Assembly: GCF_000485595.1 (NCBI RefSeq)
Contig: NW_014577067.1
Span: forward strand, 647,482 to 701,823
Source: Priapulus caudatus
Lineage: Eukaryota
Length of the DNA stretch: 54,342 nucleotides
Direction: 5' to 3'
Program-made: the position numbers and the translations under genes
In this document: in pieces, positions 44,101 through 54,342 of the stretch
How positions within the stretch are numbered: the first letter of the stretch is position 1
Layout of the letters: the number at the start of each line of letters is the position of its first letter
The notes under the pieces: generated by a model
What the model saw: only the letters and a program-made list of their open reading frames with translations
The model's database searches: none
Told to the model about the DNA's origin: nothing

Positions 44101-47100
44101 GTAACCGTAGCAGTCGATGGAGCGATCTACTTTGCAGGGAGACGAGACAACCAGGTGAAAAGACATGGAAAGAGGATAAACATCACTTCACTGGAAATAG
44201 TATGTTTTCATATGATGATGTATATTTTTCACTAGCACATGTTCAAATGAATGAGTGTGATTTTTTACTCTACTTTGAAATGCACATGCATATATATGTA
44301 TAATCACAACCCATGTATAACAGTTTACAGGAGCATTTGACAATATGTCCCATTCGACATGGTTGTGTATCCATTTTAGGACACATTTACATTCATAGTT
44401 ATGTCCTATAAATATGCACAACATGATCACGTGATTAGCAAAAATAGCTAAATTATGGCGACGCAAAGATTTCGAATCTCTGTTAAAAAAATTAACATTT
44501 TGAAACCTAAAAGGCTACGGTAATTATTCTGCTAAAATACAGTTGCACTTGCAGGACCGATACTGTAGCTGCGTGGTTTTATCGCTGTGTTTCAGCAGGT
44601 AACCGAGCACCTGCCGGATGTGGCAGCCGCCTGCGCCGTTTTCACGCCTGGCCCGCAGCCGACGTTGCAGCTGTTCGTCGTCCCGCGTTGCCGCGACGAT
44701 GGTTGCCAGCGCACAACGACGCCGGCCGATGTGCGCCGCAAGCTGCAGGCTTCGCTCCGCAGTCACGAGGTCCCCGACGCCATCCACGTTGTCGTGCGGC
44801 TACCGATGACCGCTCACGGCAAGGTGGACAGAGACAGGCTGCTTCTGATGACCGCTCACGGCAAGGTGGACAGAGACGGGCAGCTATCAATGACTGCTCA
44901 TGGCAAGGTGGACAGAGACGGGCAGCTTCCGATGACCGCTCACGGCAAGGTAGACAGAGACGGGCTGCTTCCAATGACCGCTCATGGCAAGGTGGACAGG
45001 GACGGGCAGCTATCGATGACCGCTCACGGCAAGGTGGACAGGGACGGGCAGCTATCGATGACCGCTCACGGCAAGGTAGACAGAGACGGGCTGCTTCCAA
45101 TGACCGCTCATGGCAAGGTGGACAGGGACGGGCAGCTATCGATGACCGCTCATGGCAAGGTGGACAGAGACGGGCTGCTATCGATGACTGCTCATGACAA
45201 GGTGGACAGAGACGGGCTGCTGGCCGCCGACACGCAAGACGACGGAGAGCCGAGCGAGTCGGCAGGTATCCAGATCCGCTCGGAGGACCGCTCGCGAGAC
45301 AAGAAGCTTGCCACCGACCCTTCTCGCGCGGCGCCGGTGGGGCTCGACCGCGCTGCGACGGCCGCGCTCCTGCGAGAGCTGTGGGCGAGCCACCTCGGCT
45401 TGTCGCCCGTCGTCGCGGCGACGGCAGAGTTCGGCGACACGTTCCTGCGGCACGGCGGCGACTCGCTGAGCGCGGTGCGTCTGGCGGGCGAGCTGGAGCG
45501 GCGTCTGCTCGCGTCACCGCCGCCGACGCTGTACGATCGCATCCTCAGCAGCACCTTCCCAGAGCTGTGCGACTACCTCGTGTGCGTGTCCTCGTCCGGC
45601 CGGTCCCCGCACGCGGACAAACCGCCGCCAGGCGACGTGGCTGCCGGCGACGACCCCCAGGAGCGGAGTGAGGCCGACGACCGGTGTCCGGCGAAACGTG
45701 CTAGGCTGCTAGCAGGTGACTCGTTGCCCGGTGATTTGTGCGAGAGTGTGACCGGAAAAGGGCGCTACGTGTCGTCCTGCCAGAGAACGGAAATAATTGA
45801 CATGTGTGCTGTGGCGGGTGTCGGCGGCGAAAAGGCATTGCTCCGGTATGCTGGTGGCAGCGTGTTCAAGCCCAGGTGGAAATATGACACTGGGAAGTGT
45901 GTAGATGCATCCCCTCTGGTGGCTGTGGATGGGTATGGTAATTTTTGTCCGTGTGAAGATTGTCTGTAAGTTCTATACTAGATTCAGGTTGCTTTCATAA
46001 ATGTACAACTGCGAAATGGAAACTAAATAAATATATTATGGTTCCGTATGATAATTTTGTCTGTTATAATAAAGAGTTTATTCATTATTAACAGTGCAGT
46101 TGAAACCAGTTCTTCATAATTTTGGTTGTGTTTTGTAGCAGTGGACACTCTCAACATGTGGTTTTTCTGGGATCTCACTCTGGCAGAATGGCTGCAATTG
46201 CATTATCATCTGGTGAAATGTTATGGGATATCCATCTACCAGACCGGATAGAATCATCGGCATGCCTCTCTGCATGTGGAAACTTTGTTATAGTCGGTAA
46301 CAGGATTTTATTATTAACCCGATTGATATAATCGTTGAGTACATAAATTAGAGACCCTATCTCTAATTAATGTCTTTCACCTACATATCAAATATGTATT
46401 AATTCAGGAGACAGCTATTTTACACATGTTATTACGTGATATCGATGCATTTAAAAATTTAAACGCCTCAAAGGTAATATAATAAATGGTTAATATAAGT
46501 AACAATAAATCATATGTTGATGGTATTAACAACAGACTTTGTTTGCAGGTTGTTATGATTACTGCGTGTATGTCATCTGTGCAGACAGCGGACGTGTTGC
46601 GTGGGTATTTGAAACTAAAGGTGAGGTGAAAAGCTCACCTTGCACTGATCTTGTGACTGGGATAGTGTATGTAGGGTCTCACGATCAACACCTATATGCT
46701 TTAGATATTCAGGTATGTAAATTTATACCAATATAATTCATGATTATTTATTTATGAAAAGTTTGGGGCTTCTTTTTAAATATAGATTTGGCATTTTTGT
46801 GTAAAATATTTTTGGAAAAGTATTTTGTTGTATTTGGAGTGACATATGTAGATGACTAATTTATTCTATCACTTAATTGTAAACTGAAAAAATGTAAATA
46901 TTTGTATGCCACATTTTTAATGGCAAATTGTATTTTACTAACGCAGGATTATAGCACTAATGGCTGTAAAGTGTAATGCCACTTAATGGAGCTAGTCCAT
47001 GCAATGAACTGGTGTTGCATCCTGGAGAACAAATTCGTCTACAGGGAAAACTTACATAGTTAATTGGGTCACATACTCATTCATACAGACGCAGCAGTGT

Positions 47101-48306
47101 ACATGGAGGAAGCACTTAAAAGGAGGAAGTCTCTTCTCCTCACCCTGTGCCAGCAGGAATCCGCATACTGTCTATGCGGCCACACTTGCTGGTTTGCTGA
47201 CTGCTCTTCACTCGGTAAAGCTTGCCATCATTTACTGGACTGTTCACAGAAAAGCTGCCTTCTACTATACATGCAACTATATGCTTGCATTCAAATAAAA
47301 AATATTGGGGCTAATGTATTATGGGAATCCTCAAACATATTTACATAATGGATGATGTTGCTAATCAAACGCATGTTCTTGCATGATACTCTATTATTGT
47401 GCTGTCTTGTTTTGTGTTGTGTTATGCCTGTATGCTCTGTATTATTGTATTGGGTAGTATTGTGTTGATTGATTAGTGTTATCTTAAGTTGTTATGTTGT
47501 GTAAGAACTACATATTTTATAATTCAAGGACACTGGGAGGCTGATTTGGACGTACCGCTGTGGCAAGCCACTGTTCTCAAGTCCACAGCTGGTAGAAGGA
47601 GGTGTCTGCATTGGCTGTGTTGACGGCGTCATTTACTGTATCTCACAATCTGGCAATTTGGTGTGTTGCATAGTTCTAATACAATATATCCCTGTGTTGT
47701 GTGTATATGTTAGATGACATTATTAGTTTATTATTGGGCATTCATTCAATTCTTTGTCATTAGACCTCGGCTATCAATTTAAAACTTATTATTGCACAGT
47801 ATGATTTACATTAATTTTATTGTAGGAAATAGTGTTATGTATATTAATTAAAATTCACCGTTTTTCAGATGTGGAATTTCAAGACAGACGGCTACGTTTT
47901 CTCATCAATCTGCACATTTCCGTTGATAACAACAAGCGAAACCGCAATTCTCCAAAAACCCAACCAGATAGTTGCATTTGGTTGCCATGACAACCACGTT
48001 TATTGCCTATCTTCCAGTAATGGAAAACTAAACTGGAAGGTGTGCCTCGATTCGGAGGTGTATTCCTCACCCTTTATTGCAAGTGCACATGTAATTGCAA
48101 ATGCCAAAGAAAGTGTGTCTGTAAATGCAATAGTGTTTGTAGCGTCTACACGAGGCACTCTATACATGTTAGATGCTGAAACAGGAAACATCCTCACACA
48201 CTATTTACTTCCATATAAAGTATTCTCCTCTCCAGTTGCTCTAGGCAATGCGGTTGTGGTTGGTTGCAGAGATAACTTTGTGTATTGCATGGAGCTTTCA
48301 CCATAA
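41137..48306 (+). CDS. AASDH: Beta-alanine-activating enzyme / ACSF4 (NRPS-like: adenylation, PCP and PQQ-like beta-propeller domains), ~1216 aa, 14 exons
   Basis: Exons 41137-41384, 41533-41653, 41868-42091, 42666-42858, 43086-43200, 43358-43478, 43581-43687, 44030-44199, 44599(or 44596)-45932, 46139-46296, 46549-46712, 47089-47214, 47529-47660, 47869-48306, all GT-AG and in phase (3651 nt). Motifs: YAITTSGTTGSPK (A3), PLTFDPS (A4), LALGGE, NIYGITE (A5), RATGD (A7), GRRDNQVKRHGKR (A8), PMTAHGKVDR (A10), GGDSL (Ppant Ser), WKYDTGKCVDASP and SSP propeller repeats. The start codon is less certain. Confidence 0.93.
41707..41746. mobile_element. 40-bp CAGGAG palindrome in AASDH intron 2
   Basis: caggagtagataatagggaattccttattatctactcctg with a perfect 7-bp TSD GTATTAT. 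The first 20 bp are identical to the terminus at 5784. Confidence 0.8.
44800..45219 (+). repeat. Coding 42-bp minisatellite x10 encoding L[PLS]MTAH[GD]KVDRD[GR][LQ]
   Basis: The ATG of each unit falls at 44806 + 42n up to 45184; no frameshift or stop. Confidence 0.95.
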
Positions 48307-48915
48307 GATACTTTGTTTGATTAGGAATCTTACTACACTAGATAAATGAGCAATTTTTGCAAAAGTTTATCATGATAGAAAAGTTGCTTAATTTTACTGA
48401 GCCTGAAGCGTCATAACGATAAATTAATGTAGAGTATTTACTGTGTAAATACCTTGTTTAAATATTTAAAGATGTAATAAGTGAGTGTAATTTATTCACA
48501 TTACGCCTTTAGTACTTCTGTTGTTACCACTGCTATCAGTTTATTGAGATAAACTTAACATCTGTGATACAATTTTGTACGTGATGACTTGAGGATCGGC
48601 AAGTGTGTACAAATATGTCCAAATACACATCGAAAGCATTTTAAATACAGTACTACTCTTGATGTCTTGTAGCAAACTCTAGTTATAAGCATTACGTGCA
48701 ACTCATTCAGTATCTTAGCTAGTCTTACTGCCACATATGATGACATGAGAACTCCTGCTTTCAAACATTCAGGAAAACTATAAGACGACTGTACTGTTCT
48801 GCCTGTCAACTGAGTGCTTAGAACCATCGCTGATAACCACCGATGCATCTACTCATATGCTGCTCTAATCCCTCACTGCCTAAACATATCTTCATCACAA
48901 CTCGATCTCATTACA

Positions 48916-50533
48916 TTAGCTGGACTTATTCGAGTACAGGTCTTTGTCCTCCTTGTTTGACTGACCGAGGTCGATCTCCATACTTTTTAACACCAGCGCC
49001 GGCTTGACGTCGTCGTGGGAACCAGCCGGTGTATCGTCGTCGCCGTGGGAACTCGCAGAGGAGCTCGCCAGCGGCGCTCGCCTGCGGGTCAGCCTGAGGC
49101 CGAGGTACTGCTCGGCGGAGTCGCACGCGAGGTCGGCGGAGGCGTCGTACGCGCGCCGCCACGTGTCGACGCACTCGCGGGGGTAGCAGAGCGACGCCAT
49201 CGCGGCGACGCCGAGCGTCGGGTAGGCGAGCTTCTTCGGGACGCCGCCGCGGCGCACGGTGGCGACGAGGAAGCCGCCGAGGCCCGCGAGCGAGATGGCG
49301 GACGCGCGCGGCACCGCGCTCGGGTCGTTCTGCAGGTAGTCGAGCGTGCTACGCGTGTGCGAGGCTCCGATGTCGTACTTGCCTTGCACGTAGTTGATTG
49401 TGTCCTCGCAGGCGTCCCACCACTCCCACACCCACTTCCGCGCGGCCGAGATGTTCTCGTGAAGAGCATTGGGCTGCAACGACAATACGGCCATGAGAGA
49501 GATGTAATGCTTGCCCGAAGGGCGGGAAAATCATGCTGGTGCCCTAGATCTGCTGGTGTAGCCCCTTCGTCCATGTAGCGGGAGCGAAGGGGCTACACCG
49601 GTAGAGCTAGTTGGTCCCTTACAATTTCATCAGAAGGTCGCCCAGAAGGGTGGTTTGCATATAGACAAAAATTCCGTGAGCAGTGGAATCACTATACAGT
49701 TTGAGTGCTATGATTACACCAAGGCAACTTGCTCAATGATTCCTAGGATCTTGATACATATTTCAACAACTAGCATGAAAATACTTCAATTTATACTTAA
49801 AACAGTTAGGAACTGCTAGTAAAAGGCATTCAGTTCAATTCTCAAAATATTAGCATGAATCTTCCTCATAATGCATAATAAGCACCTGAATCCCATAAAT
49901 TTGACACGTCCTGTGATAAGCTGGGCCTCTAAAATTTGAGTTGGGAGTCTGTCTCGCCAGTTGTGGCTTGTGTGCACCCAGATAGACCGTAACGAATACA
50001 GTTTCAATAGCAAATAATTTTAGTCGTCAGTTGGGCTCATAGGGTCTATGTTCCCCAGGGTACTGCCGGAACGTACCCTGGCAGCCTGGTAACTATCTGA
50101 TATGGTTAGGGAGTAGGCGTAGGCGACTCCCTAGACTCGTTAGTGGAGTAGGCGAGGTACCGTCCGGAATATTAGATAGTACCAGGGTACGTTCCGGCAG
50201 TACCATGGGGGACATAAACCCTCTCAGCGTCAGTTGGTGTCCAGGAATGCACATTTTGATCACCCATGCAACCAAATTCGTTGCTATGCAGAGCACCAAG
50301 TGCTGACAATAACTCCTGTATGTACAGGATCACAAAAAGTAACTTATTGCTCATACCTTTTCTTCTGTGTACTCGTACTGAGCGCTGTCTGCTGGATTTC
50401 CATATATTGGTAGGTCGACTAGCTTTACGTATTTTCCTTCGGTGCCTGCTTGTACTCGTGTCATGAGAAAGGGTATGCTTGCCATGGCACTACCACCCAA
50501 CACGCACTTGCGCATAATTATACTTGCTGCCAT
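48916..50533 (-). CDS. APOOL: Apolipoprotein O family / MICOS subunit MIC26-MIC27 (APOOL-like), 244 aa, 2 coding exons
   Basis: Exons 50533-50357 (MAASIIMRK...LVDLPIY...EEK|gtatg) and 49473-48916 (ttgcag|PNALHE...). Carries the ApoO-family segment PRASAISLAGLGGFLVA.RRG..KKLAYP.LG.A.MASLCYP and a C-terminal DLGQSNKEDKDLYSNKS resembling MIC27. APOO versus APOOL orthology cannot be resolved in an invertebrate. Confidence 0.85.
49545..49609. mobile_element. Short TAG-terminated hairpin element in the APOOL intron
   Basis: tagatctgctggtgtagccccttcg...cgaaggggctacaccggtagagcta. Confidence 0.6.
50041..50222. mobile_element. ~180-bp MITE in the APOOL intron
   Basis: ~40-bp TIRs agggtctatgttccccagggtactgccggaacgtaccctgg / ccagggtacgttccggcagtaccatgggggacataaaccct. 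A second family member lies at 1-80. Confidence 0.8.
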
Positions 50534-50825
50534 GGTGTTATGCACTAGGCAAAATGCATCTGTACTGTAAAAAAGCAATGAAAACATTGAATCCACTTAA
50601 TAAAAAACAACTTTATCGAATGTTGTTAGTTTAGTTTGAACATACGGAGAAAGTTCTTTTTTTACAGAAAACTTCAAAGGGGTTACAATATAAACTCAAA
50701 GGGCAACTATTGTGCAGATAAACTTCACAACTGGCTTCTCATATCGTCCTTCATTCAATATATATTGTACAACTATAACCCAGACATTTGTAGTCTACCT
50801 TCCTAGTTTGACACATGCAGTCAGC

Positions 50826-51528
50826 TGTAATGCGAAGGCTGACCACAGGGTCAGCCTAGCTATTACTGTACGGTTGAGTGCACCGGGCGCATGGATATGC
50901 TATGTACCTATAAAGTAGTACCATCAGTATAAATACGGGTCTGCTGACCACAGCAAGACACTTCATCTGTGAAGAGGCACCGGTAACGGAGCCACTAGCT
51001 GATAAGAGCCTGTCGGAGCTACGTCCACTGTCCACGACAGAACTTATAATTAGCTGACACGGTGAGTCACGACACCTAGCCATACGTGTCTTGACCACGA
51101 CATTGAACGGGAGATAGGCCTGCACCGCTTGTCGGAGCAACCTCTTTTACCGGACATAGTCTAGTCATTACAGTCAGTATGAGTTCTATGCACGCTCCCG
51201 AAGTGCTGTGGGATTAATTGTATATTCACCAGTCCACGTCTATATGTACATGCACCTGCACGTTGGTTGTGAAATAAATGTTTGGCTGTCGTCAGACAAG
51301 TTAAGCGTCCATGCTGTGGAGTGTTTCCTTGCTTGATCATGTCGCATATCTAACGGACCACGCAGACGTACACACCGGAGCCACAACAGACTCTCTCTCC
51401 GTAGTCAACACCAGTACGTTCCTCGGCCCCTTCCTAGAGGTTGGCGGAGCATATCCAGGAAACAAATAAATACCCTGCGCGGCTACGCGCAGGGAAATGT
51501 CTGTGTGATCACCCCTAGGGTCACTACA
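50826..51528 (+). mobile_element. Possible solo LTR
   Basis: TGTAATG...CACTACA ends, TATAAATA near 50928, AATAAA near 51273, and higher GC than the flanks. No matching TSD found. Confidence 0.35.
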
Positions 51529-53401
51529 TTATTATATCTACTTAAAATGTAGATACAGAGACTGGGGTTCTTGCTAACTACCAATTTCTGTTGAGCTCGT
51601 TTTCCTGAGCTGTCAAGAGAAATATGACAGGCCATCTGCCCCATAGGATACCCTCTCGTAACCTCCTTCCCCACGAGTGGCTACTTGGTCCAGTATTTTG
51701 GGATGGTACTGCCAAGTTAAAGGTCTAAGGGCTGGTAGATATGTGGAGATTATTAAAGGCTTGTAATCGGCTGGGTTTTGAACATGTTTAATTACAAACT
51801 GCAACACAACTAGTATAGACTATACACTACAGACACAGTATACTATTACTAGTATAGTACAGTATTTTGCACACACGTGCAAAATTGATACATTTTAATT
51901 TTATACTATTATTTTATGTGTTATTTGCCTATGTACGTCCTCCACGTTGCTTGCAACTTGTAATTATGAAGGCTCCCACAGTTAGATAACCTGTCTACAC
52001 AGGGTTACGTATACATTTTAGTTCCCTATACAATTACAAGGACTAAACATTGGAATTTGAAGGAAAAGTAACCAAACCCACCAAACCCAAGCCAAGGACG
52101 AGATGTGATCACGACAAAATTGTTGATAATGATATGAAAGAAATGTAATAGACTTCCAAGTTCAGTGATCGCATCGTTCTAGTTATAACTGTACATATAA
52201 ATAACTTAATAACTTGCTCAATCCTTAGCTAGTTGGCTTTGCTTAGTCCTAGAATAATATGCATTAAAGTAATTAATAAACACCATGTAATGATAGAGAA
52301 GCTTCTGGTTGCGCTACTGACAGTACACAACTACACGATAAACTAATATCTAATATCAAGATGCCGAGGAGAGAAAGCGAATTGGCTATGTACTTGTGAC
52401 GCTATAGACGCCATTTTGGTTCAAAGTTTTACGAGACAGGTTTTACGCTGCGCGTCCAACTATACAAACACGTGTTTGTATATATCTATGCTGCAACTGA
52501 AGGTGTTTAATTCTGGAAGAAGCTCATATGGGTGTATTTATGAATTTATGAATTATCATATAATACTATACTGCAGAGATATCTAAGTAGCATTTATGTT
52601 CAGTTCATTCATGTGCGGGTACGGTATGAAATCGAACAAATCGATTTTTTTTAACAGTCTAACGTGAAACAATATATGCGCTTAATTACTGCAGGTGTGT
52701 TTATCCTTGTAGAGTACGACTGTCACCGCATGAAGGCTTCCCAAGATATAATGCGTACACTGAGACACCCGTCACGTTACGCTGCAGGGTGGTAGTAGTA
52801 CAATTATGCATTTACTATAAGGCTCGATCCCGGGTCTTGCTGATTTGTGGTTTGTTTTTGCTTGTTTTCGTACAATTTCCCTGTTTACTGTAATTTGTTT
52901 TTCTGTTACTGCAGAGCACGATTCTAGACACACATTTCCTGACTTAGCGCAGGTTCGAACTGCGGTGAATTTTTAAACAGACTAAACATAAAACAACATA
53001 TGCGCTTATTATTTGCAGTTTTTACGTCCTTGTAGAGTACGACTGCATGTGTCACCACACAAGGATTCCCAATACCAACGCCAGACGGAGAAGGCGAAGA
53101 CTATAGGACGACGACAAATTTTGTAAAAGAGAAATAAAACATTCGATGTTTTATGGCTTCTGGTCATTTATAACGTCTGTTTAGTAATATCACATCACAC
53201 ACGACGCGAAAACATGTTCCTAGCTACACCATCGCAGCTACACATCACCGCAGTTACCATAGCGACAATCGGAGGGAAGTAAGGATCCATTATATTAGAC
53301 AGTGGAGGAAGAATGAAAAATTCGGCAGGACGGAAGATGACTCAGCGAATATAGAGGGTTCCGCGACTTAGACTAAAAATAGCAATATTACCTACAATCC
53401 A

Positions 53402-54342
53402 GAAATCTATGCTGAGATACCCCTAACCATTTTAAATGCATATTCCTCACAAAATATAACTCCGCTGGTGAGATATCGCCCATGCTCTAACACACTAACG
53501 TAGCCAGATTGTGTACTGGCTGGTATACGCAGCGGGGATCTTACATGCAAGGTCTTCCTACTATTTTGTAAATAATGTTTACTGATGGAATGTTATCATA
53601 TAAATCTATGCTAGGATCACTTCTCTTTATTTTAAATGCATTATCTTTGCAAAATATGATTTCTCTCGGGAGATATTGCGCATGCGCGCGCACCGTGTTA
53701 GGCTTTCAGTGCCGTCTGGGGCAAACTTCATAATATAGCTTGCTGAGGGGGGAGGGGATGGGAGACTGATGAAAGGTGGCAGGGAAGATAGCTGGGGACG
53801 GTAGAAGAAGAAGGAGGCTGAGCGAGTGACAGCGGAGACAAGGGAAAGGACGCGAGGGCATAAAGTAATTGTTTTGTACCCTTCATGCTAGGGCGCTCTC
53901 CTAATTATAAACACAGGTCTACTGATAAAAGTTTATCAGGGAAATCTATGCTGAGATATACCCTAACCATTTTAAATGCATATTCATCTCAAAATATAAC
54001 TTCTCTGGTGAGATATTGCGCATGCGCTAACACACTAACGTAGCCAGATTGTGTACGGGTTGGTATGCGCAGCGGGGACTTTACATGCAAGGTCTTCCTC
54101 ATATTGCTTAAATGATGTCTACTGGTGGAATGTTATTATATAAATCTATGCTAGGATAACTCCTCTTCATTTTAAATGCATAATCTTTGCAAAATACGAT
54201 TTCTCTCGGGAAATATTGCGCATGCGCGCGCACCGTGTTAGGCGTTTAGTGCTTTCTGAGACAAACTTCGTAATATAGCTTGCTGAGAGAGGAGAGGATG
54301 GGAGACTGAGGAAAATGTGGCAGGGAAGATAGCTGGGGGCGG
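53402..54342. repeat. ~540-bp tandem repeat (satellite-like) with two related internal subunits, truncated by the window end
   Basis: 53402-53800 recurs at 53941-54342. The subunit head aaatctatgct...ttttaaatgca...aaaatat...gagatattgcgcatgcgc occurs at ~53403, 53602, 53942 and 54142. Confidence 0.88.

Noticed and set aside
44642..45671. Antisense and alternative-frame ORFs over AASDH exon 9 (likewise over NHLRC2 and APOOL)
   Set aside because: Expected shadows of GC-rich and repetitive coding sequence; no independent motifs.
41137..48306. Horizontally acquired bacterial NRPS
   Set aside because: The A-PCP-PQQ-propeller architecture with 13 spliceosomal introns is the standard eukaryotic AASDH/ACSF4.
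52409..52417. YY1-like CGCCATTTT motif as an APOOL promoter mark (also an E-box GTCACGTGAC at 37094-37103)
   Set aside because: Single short motifs without TSS evidence; not distinguishable from chance or TE-derived sequence.

Overview
Eukaryotic genomic DNA from an animal, probably an invertebrate, with GT-AG introns and four N-gaps. Four protein-coding genes can be reconstructed by hand. (1) A complete 333-aa L-lactate dehydrogenase on the minus strand (7 coding exons, 1349-21754). (2) NHLRC2 with its whole CDS in one exon (38016-40199, +). (3) AASDH/ACSF4, the NRPS-like beta-alanine-activating enzyme, in 14 exons (41137-48306, +). (4) An ApoO-family MICOS subunit, MIC26/27 (APOOL-like; 48916-50533, -). 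About 20 kb in the middle consists of indel-riddled copies of neighbouring sequence: a second LDH, an inverted NHLRC2 and a second copy of part of LDH intron 1. These look like raw long-read gap fills rather than true paralogues. One of them carries a 2.1-kb CR1/L2-group LINE that is absent from the clean copy. The rest is dense in MITEs, tiny palindromic transposon derivatives with diagnostic 5-, 7-, 8- and 9-bp target-site duplications, mini/microsatellites and a ~540-bp satellite. The most striking biological observation is a 10-fold in-frame tandem amplification of the adenylation-domain A10 catalytic-lysine motif (LPMTAHGKVDRDGL) inside AASDH. All assignments come from reading the sequence and from recalled family knowledge; no database searches were run.
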